A DNA stretch of 64,000 bases, taken from contig OZ024742.1 in assembly GCA_964016885.1 (NCBI GenBank), forward strand, positions 9,238,001 through 9,302,000, given 5' to 3'. A model generated the notes under the pieces. It was not told where the DNA came from. It saw only the letters and a list, made by a program, of their open reading frames with translations, and searched no databases. The position numbers and the translations under genes are program-made. This document shows positions 1 through 12,559 of this stretch, piece after piece (the first letter of the stretch is position 1; each line of letters starts with the position of its first letter). Source of the DNA: Eledone cirrhosa. Its lineage: Eukaryota.

Positions 1-257
<257 letters not shown>

Positions 258-814
258 CCACATGAACATACCTACATAATATATCTATATTATATATACA
301 TCTACGACAGATATTTGTGGACTGATGTTAAAATGTGCGTGTGTTTATTTGTAGAATGTAATAGTTTGAATAATATTTACTATTTATCCCTAGAGCCAAA
401 TGTAAAAAGTAATTCAGTTTATGTTGTATACATAATACTGTGTTGAAGACAATAAGTCGATCACAATTGATTGTCCTATTATCTCAGTATCTCCACACAA
501 AGTCTCCATATTTTTATCCTTATTAGTTTTCTGCTCTTGAAATATATGCCTGGCCAATAAAGTAATATCTTTTTAAATGGTTTCAGTCGCTGTTGTATTC
601 ACTGTGGTATTAATGCTGGTAATACTGATGTCTATATTGGCAGCAATGGTAGTTTTAGTAGCACGAGTGGTGGTGGTGGTTGTGATGGCCGTCGTGTGGG
701 TGGGGTGTAGGTATGGTGATTTGATGCTCTCAGCAGGGGATAACAATTACGTCTGTCTTTTAGAAGACGTTCCATGAAAATAGTTTCTTATCTCAATTTC
801 TGTCTTTTAACATA

Positions 815-905
<91 letters not shown>

Positions 906-1027
906 TATGTTAAAAGACAGAAATTGAGAGATCAGAAACTATTTTCATGGAAAATATATATTACATATATATTACATATATATTACATATATATTACATA
1001 TATATTACATATATATTACATATATAT

Positions 1028-1096
<69 letters not shown>

Positions 1097-1101
<5 letters not shown>

Positions 1102-1445
1102 GATTTTATGGTTCTCCACTGGAGAGAACTGGTCATTCCGTATGGTCAACCTCCATGTAATATTATGGAGAGCACTCAACGTAATGCAACTCACACGTCT
1201 TCGTTAGTGTTGTTGGTGTTGCGAGTACGGAGTTAATTATTATAAAATAACAGGAAGCTGGACTGCTGTAAATCCTTGAAAGGTTTATTATATTATGATC
1301 ACTTCAATGACTGGGTTCAGTATGAAGCCGGTGACATCATCAGGCATTCAATATATAACAAAGGAATATAACAGATAACATCCATGGGCCTGAAAATCAG
1401 AGACAAGAGGACGACCGACTATTTTGGCAGCTTCTACCTCGTTAT
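1097..1445 (-). mobile_element. Non-autonomous PLE pLTR-type fragment with degenerate HHR (about 1290-1347)
   Basis: Reverse complement matches 42975-43270; minus strand reads CTGATGA-tgtcaccgg...ccagtcatt-GAAG-TGATCA-TA (GAAA mutated to GAAG). Confidence 0.7.
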
Positions 1446-1564
1446 TTTATAATATATATATATATACAGGGGAACGGACGAAGAACCCAGAAGCACACAC
1501 TTCGTCCGTTCCCATGTCGATTCAACTTGGATTGCCTCGGAAACATAACCTTATTATGTAACAA

Positions 1565-1639
1565 GCTGTCTGATGATGTCACGACACTCGTAACACAGAA
1601 CAGTGTGGTCGGTGTCGTCATTGAAATATATATCACAGC
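1565..1639 (+). ncRNA. Type I hammerhead ribozyme
   Basis: Stem I GCTGT/ACAGC, CTGATGA, stem II ACGACAC...GTGTCGT, GAAA-TATATA-TC. Confidence 0.8.
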
Positions 1640-1762
1640 ATTATTATTAAAGGACTTGAACATCTGAAACTACTTAGCTTTTACTTATTCGATATATATA
1701 TATTTAAAATAAAATAAAATAAAATAAATAAGTCAAATGTTTAAAATTTGGCTTCGTTTATT

Positions 1763-1817
1763 ACTGCTATATATATTTCGGTGACAGCCATCTTTGGCTG
1801 TGACCTCTTCAGACAGT
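1763..1817 (-). ncRNA. Hammerhead ribozyme in inverted pLTR
   Basis: Minus strand ACTGT CTGAAGA GGTCACAGCCA-aaga-TGGCTGTCACC GAAA TATATATA GCAGT. Confidence 0.8.
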
Positions 1818-2499
1818 CTGAATTAGTGTGGTAGAGACGTGTACACATGTGGTTGAGCTGTTTAAATTTGTCAATACTCTGATATTCCCAGTTCCTGGTT
1901 GGGTTATTGTTTCACTGAGGAACTGGAATCATATGAATTTAAACAAACGAATTTCAGCGTCAAAGGACATCCTCTCCTCTCATTGGTCAGTTGTGAGAAC
2001 ATTCTTCAGTCAAAAGTCTATAGAAATTCGTTCTGAGGTAAGGCAATCTGTAGTGGTTGTTCTTGTTATTGTTAAATACATCTGATCTCTACTCTTATGT
2101 TGGTAGTGGTGTTGGAGTCAGCTAAAAAAAATTATAATGTGGTAGAAGGAATAAGAAGGAAAAGGAACAAAATAAAATAATCAAATAAAATGTGTGTTAT
2201 ACCCAATCTCAATGTTATAAAAATGTGTAAGGTCACTCCTCCCATTGGTCAGTTTTGAGAGCATTCCTCAGTCAAAAGTCTATAAAAATTCTTTCTGGGG
2301 TGAGGCTCCCTGTAGTGTTTGTTTTTGCTATTGTTAAGTACATCTGACCTCTACTCTTATTTTGGTAGTGGTGTTGGTGTTGTGGTCAGCCTATGTCTTG
2401 CTGCTGCTGACATTAAGAAGTATATGTCTGTGTTTCTTAATCCATCCTGCCACCATCTCTCGTGGTGGTGGTGGTGGGGTGGGTCTGCAATGTATATGA

Positions 2500-4508
2500 A
2501 GAAATAGAAGGCAATAGGATTTTGCCCAAGCTTCGGAAAAAACTAGATTACAGCAATGGTCATGCACGGGAGAGGTAATAGAATGGTTTAAGATACTACA
2601 TGAGAAAAGTAAGACCAGCTTTATCCAACTCAATATCGCAGGCTACTTTTCCTCAATCTCACCCATAGTACTCAATAAGGCCCTATTTTTAGCGATGTCC
2701 AATACGGACCTAACCCGAGAGGAGGTGAGCATCATCCACGCCGCAAGAAAGACATTAATCCGTTTCGAAGGAGACCTTTGGACCAGGAGTGATTGGCCAA
2801 ATTACTTTGACATCACGATGGGCTCCAGCGACTCAGCACAGGTAACGGACCTGTTTGGGCTCTTCCTGCTGAAGCAGATAAAATATGAAATCTCCTGCCT
2901 GGGCGGCGGATTATATCGTGACGATGCTCTCTTCACAGTATATGACCACAGCACCACTATGTTGGAGGGAATGAGGAGGCGTATTCGCCATTTCTTTAAG
3001 AACCAGGGCCTCAGTATCGAACTAGACCCAAATAGAAAGATAGTTAACTACTAGACACCACCCTAAACCTGAACACCGAGCAATACTACCCCTACCACAA
3101 GCCCAACGAGAAACTTGTGTATGTTAACGCCAAGTCAAACCATCCTAGATCCATAACCAAGGCCGTGGTGAAGAGTGTCTCCGACAGGATCTCCAGCCTG
3201 TCCGCAAATAAGGAAATCTTCGATAACAACGCGGAATATTACAACGCAGCTCTAAATACGGCGGCACATGGCCAAAATATAACATATAGTCCGAAACGCC
3301 GGGATGGGGACACCCCCACCCGCGTTGTCCGGGAGGAGGCGAACCCTAACAGTACAGGCAGAACAGAAACAAATAAGCACCATGAGCCCGACACCACCAT
3401 ACGGGCGATAGTGACGAGTACGCTTAACCATGAGATGAAACCCAATAGGAGTAGCAGTCTCAGGGGTGATGATAACCACCCCGGGACCGACGACCCCAAC
3501 CGCAGGACACGTGGGGAGGGGGGGTAATGGGGGACCACCCCACAGTGGATCTCCCAGCGTGGGCAACGACCACCCTACAGATTCGGGCCGTGAAGATAGC
3601 AAAACGCATACGCCCAAAGGGGAAGCAACAATGCGAGAACCACCAGCAACCAAACAATTCTCCAACAACTCACGACGCCCCAACCCACCCATATAGGAGT
3701 AGACACAGAAACATCACGTGGTACAACCCACCATACTCAGCGGCCCTAAAGAGCAGATTGGCCCAATAATTCTTTGGAGCACTTGATAAATGCTTCCCGA
3801 GGGACCATAGATACCACAGGATCTTCAACAGACACACTGTGAAGCTCTGGTATTCCACCACGAGAAATCTGGCCCAACACATAGCTAGCATCAACAGGAG
3901 TAGGCTTAAAAACCACACACAATCAGAAGATGACAATATAAGCACCCAGCAGAACCACGTGGAAGGAGGGAAGGGGGGACCCAGTGCCCACCCAAGAAAC
4001 CTCAAACAGACCCGGGGGGAAGATCAACATGTAACACGTAACGGGAACTCCACACTAGGCACGCAGATGTCAACCACCCTATGCAACTGCAGAAACCCCG
4101 AAACATGCCTCCTTAGTAATGAATGCCTTAAGAAGAACCTAATATACGGATGTAGGGTTAAAACCCCCCAACTCCGAACACCTCTACATAGGAGCCACAT
4201 CAACGAGCTTTCAAGACCGTTGGTATAACCATCGCCATTCCTTCAATAAGGAGGCCAAAAGATAAAGTACGGCTCTTTCCGACCTGATCTGGAAGCTTAA
4301 GCTGGACAGGACCCCGTACTCTATGGCCTGGTCCATAATCAGTAAGGTATCACCCGATAAAAGGGGATATGGCATATGCAACCTATGTCTGAACGAGACC
4401 CTCGAGATACCAAGAGGTGGAAACCGCTTGATAAACCTCAGAACCGACTTATTCGGGACATGCAGACACCTCAGGGCGGGGACCTTCCTCAAGCTATATG
4501 GACAGTAG
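2500..4508 (+). pseudogene. PLE reverse transcriptase + GIY-YIG endonuclease, disrupted
   Basis: FDITMGSSDSAQVTDLFG, GLYRDD, SNHP, ITWYNPPYS, CNCRNPETCLLSNEC-LIY, CNLCLNE, CRH; several stops and frameshifts. Confidence 0.9.
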
Positions 4509-4965
4509 CAACACACTGAGATGTGAACTCCCCTCAAGCTATAGGGACTTCTCCAGAACATGTAGGCAACTCTCGGCCAGACCTCCCTCAAGCAATATGG
4601 GCAGTAACAACACCATAGGTTGGGAACTCCCCTCAAGACATAGGGACCCACTCAGGCTGAGCAGACACCATGATAGCCTAGAGATTGATTCTGACACAGC
4701 CTTTCTAATTTGGCCAACATCTTTGTAATACACACATTTTATTTTACTTGATTTTTCATTTGTTTTCTGTTTTCTTCACTTTATTGCCTTCTATTTAAGT
4801 TGAGATTGATTATAACACACACACATTTTATTTGATTATCTTATTTCGTTTTATTCTTTTACCATCTTGTTCCTCCTACCACTTTATCCAACATCTTTCT
4901 GACCTTCAGATTGGTTATAGCACACACACATTTTATTTTATTTGAATCTTCACTTCTATTTTCCA

Positions 4966-5210
4966 CTTTTCATTTTCATTTTTCATTTTTCATTTTTCAT
5001 TTTTCATTTTTCATTTTTCATTTTTCATTTTTCATTTTTCATTTTTCATTTTTCATTTTTCATTTTTCATTTTTCATTTTTCATTTTTCATTTTTCATTT
5101 TTCATTTTTCATTTTTCATTTTTCATTTTTCATTTTTCATTTTTCATTTTTCATTTTTCATTTTTCATTTTTCATTTTTCATTTTTCAATTTCCATTTTT
5201 CATTTTTCAT
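4966..5210. repeat. (TTTTTCA)n heptamer repeat in PLE 3' region
   Basis: Direct reading. Confidence 0.95.
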
Positions 5211-5955
5211 TAAATTTTCATTTATTTTCTATTTATTATTTATTTTCTGTTTTCTTCATTTTGCCTTATATTTCTTCATATACATGGCAGACTCCCCACC
5301 CCCCACCACCACCACGAGGGATGGTGGCAGGATGGATTAAGAAACACACACAGATACTTCTAAATGTCAGCAGCAGCAAGACATAGGCTGACCACAACAC
5401 CAACGCCACTACCAGAATAAGGGTAGAGGTCAGATGTACTTAACAATAGCTAAAACAAACACTACAAGGAGCATCACCACAGAAAGAATTTCTATAGACT
5501 TTTGACTGAGGAATGCTCTCAAAACTGACCAATGGGAGAGACCTTACAAATCTTTATAACATTGAGATTGGGTATAACACACATTTTATTTGATTATTTT
5601 ATTTTGTTCCTTTACCATCTTATTCCTTCTACCACTTTATCATTTTTTTTAGCTGAGTCCAACACCAACACCACTACCAACATAAGAGTAGAGGTCAGTT
5701 GTACTTAACAATAACAAGAACAACCACTACAGTTTGCCTTGCCTCAGAACGAATTTCTATAGACTTTTGACTGAGGAATGTTCTCACAACTGAGAGGAGA
5801 AGATGTCCTTTGACGCTGAAATTCGTTTGTTTAAATTCATATGATTCCAGTTCCTCAGTGAAACAACGGCCCAACCAGCAACTGGGCATATCAGAGTATT
5901 GACAAAGTTAAACAGCTCAACCACATGTGTACTCGTCTCTACCACACTAATTCGG

Positions 5956-6010
5956 ACTGCCTGAAGAAGTCACAGCCAAATATGACTGTCACCGAAATAT
6001 ATATAGCAGT
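5956..6010 (+). ncRNA. Hammerhead ribozyme in 3' pLTR
   Basis: ACTGC CTGAAGA ... GAAA TATATATA GCAGT. Confidence 0.78.
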
Positions 6011-6260
6011 AATAAACGAAGCCAAATTTTAAACATTTGACTTATATATTTTATTTTACTTTACATTACTCCGGAGTACCAAACCAACCTACGCACTTCG
6101 TCGAGTGCTCCAATCTGCATACTTAGGTGTTGGTATACAACCAACATCTACTCAAAATTTATATATATATATATATAATAGGAGTCCTCTCTATATTATT
6201 ACATTGCGATTGACCATACGGAATTGACCAGCTCTATCCAGTGGTGAACCTCAAACCTGA

Positions 6261-6309
<49 letters not shown>

Positions 6310-6467
6310 AAAATTGAACTGGAACAAAACAGAGAGGCAGTACGAACAAAGGTTTATTAGTTTCACGCTCTTGAGAGTGGTGCGGTGGTGGGGAACGATG
6401 TTTTGGGCATAAGCCCTTCTTCAGGCGAAAAGTATGTGGGAAGAGAGTTCCAAGGATGTGTAGGGGA

Positions 6468-6534
<67 letters not shown>

Positions 6535-6997
6535 TATATATTTCCGCTTCGTGACGCTGTGAAATTCCTCTTTCTGAGACTGCTGGAATTTCAAATTTGG
6601 CGGTCATTATGATGCGTGGAGGGACAATTTGCTGACACGAAAACTAACTGCGGTAAGAGATTTTTTCTTATATCAATGTTTGACGGGCATCGACTGATGA
6701 TTTATAAGTGCCCACCTGCATATGTTCTTACAGAAAAATATGCAGACTTCTACATAAACCGGACACATTCTCCCAACTTGTAGAAAACTTATAATGAAAC
6801 AATTGTTTGGAAAGAGAGATATATTTTTATTTTAATTATATCTCATATAAAATAATACAACTGGCTTTCCACAAAATACATATAGTTAGCACCCCAAACA
6901 TAAAATTGGGATTATACTAAGTGTTATCCTAATGTTTGTTAAGTGAGATGGTAGCCAGTCAGAGTATAGCTGAAGGATTTCTCTGTTACTGTATTGA

Positions 6998-7436
<439 letters not shown>

Positions 7437-7439
7437 TTT

Positions 7440-7902
7440 CGTTTCTGAATTTATTTAGCAAGATTCTTTATCTGAAAACGTGTGTTGAAACCGATATTGT
7501 TATATTTTGGGAGGGTCATGTCGCGAATAAGAAATACACGCACCAGTTGCCTTAACTTCAATTTATTATAAATTAAATGTATAAATTTACGAATTTATAA
7601 GTTTCCGGTTGGTTGGTTGGTTCCACAACCTGACGATTGTTCATATATTGTCAAAGTTCTTTCGTCACACATTCTGTGACCTCTTCAGTGACGGGGGATT
7701 CTTTTCTTTGTTTTTGCGCCTCTCCTTTGTGATGTGACGAAAGAACTTTGACAATATATGAACAATCGTCTGGTTGTGGAACCAACCAACCAACCGAAAA
7801 TTTATAAATTCCTAAATTTATAAATTTAATTTATAATAAATTGAAGTGAAAGCAACTGGTGCGTGTGTTTCCTATTGGCAACATGACCCTCCCAAAGTAT
7901 AA
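7440..7902 (-). mobile_element. Foldback non-autonomous element with HHR (7650-7692, minus)
   Basis: About 7498-7668 inverted against about 7733-7900; minus strand GTCA CTGAAGA G GTCACA-gaatg-TGTGAC GAAAG AAC TT TGAC. Confidence 0.72.
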
Positions 7903-7927
7903 TAATATATATATAAATATATGTATA

Positions 7928-8115
7928 TATAGGAAAAAGTATGACCCCGACGACAGAGCTCAAGCCGTTTCGACGGCTAATTCTGGAGTCGAGAATTAGC
8001 CGTCGAAACGGCTTGAGCTCTGCCGTCGGCGTCATACTTTTTCCTATTTCCCACTCTACTACCCTAAGTATTGAGTACTCTGGTGCGTTATGGTCCATTT
8101 TGTTCCTTACCACAT
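7928..8115 (+). mobile_element. Short hairpin-headed element; other copies at 11215, 22958, 23490, 53907 and 55000
   Basis: About 55-bp inverted arms, then tail CCCTAAGTATTGAGTACTCTGGTGCGTTATGGTCC. Confidence 0.8.
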
Positions 8116-8458
8116 TAATTTCTACCTGACCAACGACCGCTCTGCATAATCAGCTCCTGATTATTTACTAGATTTCTATAAGAATATAACATCAGTGATC
8201 TCGGTAGACAGGGGGGGTAGTTGGCCTTGATAAGCTTCAACCAAAGCGAAAAAAGATTTGTCGGCTTATCTCCCCTGTTTGCTGAGATCAAAGTAAGTGA
8301 ATCTGTCACTACTTTAAAACAATAGCTTACGGTTTTCAAAATGCTTTTAATTAAGCATAAAGTGTATTGCAAAATACATTATATATACATCCATATATAT
8401 ATTGCTATTTCAGAGCTCCAATTCTAATATATATATATATATGTATACATACATATAT

Positions 8459-8642
8459 AATTGTTTCTACTTTTGGCACTAGGCCAGTAATTCCCCAGTG
8501 CATTACTGGTACTTTATTTTATCGACCCCGTAAGGGTGAAAGGCAAAGCTAACCTCGACGGGATTTGAACTCAAAAGTGCAAGGGCCGTAATTCTATGCG
8601 TCAAAGCATGGCGTCCGACCCTCTACCGATTCTGCCAATCCA
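8459..8642 (-). mobile_element. tRNA-derived SINE (octopus-type); a second decayed copy follows to about 8860
   Basis: Reverse complement of B box GAGTTCAAATCC and core GCCTTTCA..CTTACGGGGTCGATAAAATAAAGTACCAGT. Confidence 0.75.
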
Positions 8643-10997
8643 TGGTTTCTGATTTAAGCACAAAGCGAACGCATGTTTGGGGAAAGGGAAAGTCGATTAA
8701 ATCGACCCCAATGCATTACTGTAACTTATTTTATCGAATATGTAAGGATGAAATGCAAAGCTAACTTTATCATGATTGGAATTCAGAACGTAAAGAGGCG
8801 TAACTATATGCCTCAAAGCATGTTGTTCGACGCTCTACCGATGTTGTCAATCCACCGCCCTTATATACATAATGGAACTCTGTTTATAAGACGAGCCTTA
8901 GATATCCGGGAAATACGACTTTTTGAAACTACACTCACTATATTAGACTGCCCTCTACTATATATTACACAGTGCTGAAGACGTAGTGTAGAAATCTGGT
9001 ATACTTAGCCATAGAACAACCTCGCAACACACCACCATCGACACAGAGCTGGCTACGCGCAGGTAGGAGCCTGGCGTGCTGCAATGATTCTTCCAGCGCG
9101 GCGCCTTCACCAACCTCCGGGAAACGCCTTCTCTATTCTGTCCACCGGGGCTACGGGGTGATCGGCGCGTGGGCCCCCATATGCTCATAATAGTGCGAAA
9201 GGGGGAGAGTGGGAGAGACGGAGGCAGTGTCAGTGGGAGATTGGTTCAGTTATGTTCGGACCTTGTGTAAATGTATATATTTCACGGACACACACTCACA
9301 CTGGGGCAATTCAATCTGATATTTACTCACTGGCTTAAGACAGACGAACAGAGCAAGGACACTAAGCTTCGACTTCTAAGTGTGTGTTTAGTATAAATAA
9401 AGTATGATACACTTAACAAGTATGCACGACTTTAGAGGACAGCTTTGAAGAGGCTCCTCCAGTATACTGTGGTAACTGGACAAGGAACCTAACGCCGCCC
9501 ATACATGTTACGTGTATGAAATTTCATTTATACGAAATAAGCTCTCTTGCGATTGACTGAGCATTCTTTTATCTACGAACATTCTACACACACACACACA
9601 CATGCACACGCACACACATACAAACACAAACACACACACACGCACGCGCACACACACACACACACACAAATACACACACACACGCACACACGCACACAAA
9701 CACACACACGCACACACACAAACACCCATATATATATATTTAAAATAAACACATGAAACAATTACAGGGGATAATTTGTAAAGTGTGTAAGAACACATAG
9801 CTAGGTAGGTAACTAATTAAAGTTTAACTAGATCTTCAATTATTACCTTTTAAAAAATGATTAATCCTTCTTGAATATATTTCATTAAAGAAAGAAATTT
9901 CATTAAAAATCCGTAAAGTCACAGTAGTTAAATCTTAGATCATCAGCAAGGAGGAAGAAATAACTGTCTGTGTTTACACATCAAATGCAAACCTGCGAGT
10001 GACCCATCGCACGTGCTGCAATTCTAAAACTACTAACACATGCTAGCGTCATCTCATTGGCGTGAATAGGGTGGTCGACAGCTATAAATAGCAGCCAAGT
10101 CCTTTCAACCGATTTAGCTCTACAGATAAGGAGCCGTTTATATATCCGAAATAAATTTTATTAAATTAAATTAAAGGAGTCATGTCCGAGTCATGCGCCA
10201 CATCCACCGTAGAATAAGCTCAAAGATTCGAATGAATAGATCCGAGCATTTTATATCAACTAGAAATTGATTGACATATATAAATATATTTAAAATAAGC
10301 ACATGAAAAATTCACAGGGGACAATTTGTAAAGTGTGTAACCACACACAGCTAGGAAGGTAACTAATTAAAGTTTAACTAGAGCTTCAAATATTACCTTT
10401 TAATATATATATATATATATAAGTTTATCCTGAGTTCAATCGGAGGTAACCACAGTAAGTAAGGTACTCAATACAAAGCAGAATATAAATATAAAAAGCT
10501 TCTACAGGATAAATCATGGTGTGTGTATGTGTGAATGTATGTATATATGTATGTATGTATGTATAAATATATATAAATATATATAAATATATATAAATAT
10601 ATATAAATATATATAAATATCCACTTCGATATAACATCCACGAGACTACAACTTAATAAAGTGAATGGGGCATGTCTAGGACATATAGAGAATCAACACC
10701 AGGTGTACAGTAATAAAGCGGTAGATGAAACAGCTGTTTGTCTTCTACCTGTGATTAATGAGAATATTTCCCAACTTATCGTTTCCGTCTAAACAATGTA
10801 AAAAGAATTTATAAGACATCATTGTATTTCATACCATTTTCATTTCTTTATCATCTGACGGAGATATAGTTTCTCACAGACACATACATAGTCTCTCACA
10901 GACATATAGCACTTACATACATGCACACACACATCATTTAACATTACTTACATGAATATATACATACATACACACACATATATATTCAAATACAAAC

Positions 10998-11072
<75 letters not shown>

Positions 11073-11290
11073 AGTGTGTGAGTGAGTATGGATGTATATA
11101 TACACATTTTGTCTGTAGTGTGATTCAGAATTTAAGTGTATATGTTTACGTCTCATAAACATATGATTGGCCAGCACACCTACGACTTCATCACCATTTC
11201 ATGAATATGTATATATAGGAGAAAATATGACCCCGACGGCAGAGCTCTGGTGCGTTATGGTCCATCTGGTTCCTTACCACAACTCCTCCG

Positions 11291-11414
<124 letters not shown>

Positions 11415-12559
11415 GTGTGTGTGTGCAGAGAGAGAGAAAGACAGAGGGAATGGTAGAGAGAGCATCAGTGTACAGGAGAGTGAGTCACTATTTCAGAGAG
11501 AGGAAGAGATATATATATGGATTTATAGATATACCTTCAGATATGAATGCACATCTTCCCTGCTCTTAAATGGAATCTGTATTTAACATAAGTTATTTTA
11601 TAACCATTACGAAAATATACAAAATATGATGTTTTCTATCATTTTACTCTATATCCTATATTGAAAACACTAAAATGTGTCGCCTTTATCGGATGTAAAT
11701 ATCATCGTTTCAATTTTGAAATGTGCTTTTAATTTAAATTGCACAATAATGTTTTATGGCATGAGCAGAGAAGACAATATTCTACTGGAATATATTTGAG
11801 TGAACTCCATTATATATGGTGTATATTTCATTATTGAAGGGTGGAGACACAGAATTGTTAGAACGTTGAATGGAATGTTTCGCGGTATTCATTCGGGACA
11901 CTCCTCTCTGAGTTCAAATCCCACCGATGTCAACATTTTTCATATTTTCGGGGTCGATAAATAGAGTATTAGTTTTATAAGTCGTCTAGGCTTCTCTATT
12001 TCTCCCTCTTCCTTTTTCTCTTATATCCAATTTCTTGCATTCTCTATCTATTTCTATCTCTCTCTTTACCAATCTATCTATCTATTTATCTATCTATTTA
12101 CCTTTAGCAGTATTAGTTATAGATGTTATTGAGATACGAGTGACATAATAATGATTTCAACAGCAGAAATTAGAGATGAAATATATGTTTATTTTTGATG
12201 TAGCACAAACAATGGTGTGGTACAGAGGCTGGTTTCTGGTGTGTGATCAGTCGGCTTTCTAGTGGCTGTCTGTTTTTTCTTTCTCGCGTTCTCAACCAGC
12301 GTTGTTCTATCAAGAGGTGTGAGGCGTCTTACTACAGTACCACTTGCCAGATTTTCAAATTATCGAAAATCGATGTCATTACTCACATGTGGAGTAAGAT
12401 GGCGAACAATGCAACAAGGGGGAGCTATTGGCTCTACCAAAAATTGAATCCAGAATAAGGATTTGAAAAATGTTAAAAAAAAAACAACATGCATGCATAA
12501 AAAAAACAAGGCAAAGAAAAAGCAGAAACACAGAGGCAAAAAAAGGTGCAGCTAACAGT

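Larger units (their letters stand above)
1712..6266 (+). mobile_element. Penelope-like element (Naiad-type), 5'-truncated with inverted pLTR
   Basis: About 1712-2506 is an inverted copy of about 5269-6062 and flanks an RT + GIY-YIG relic; 3' tail ends at (TA)n. Confidence 0.88.

Noticed and set aside
8986-9505. Possible solo LTR (TG...CA, AATAAA)
   Set aside because: No matching TSD or second copy seen
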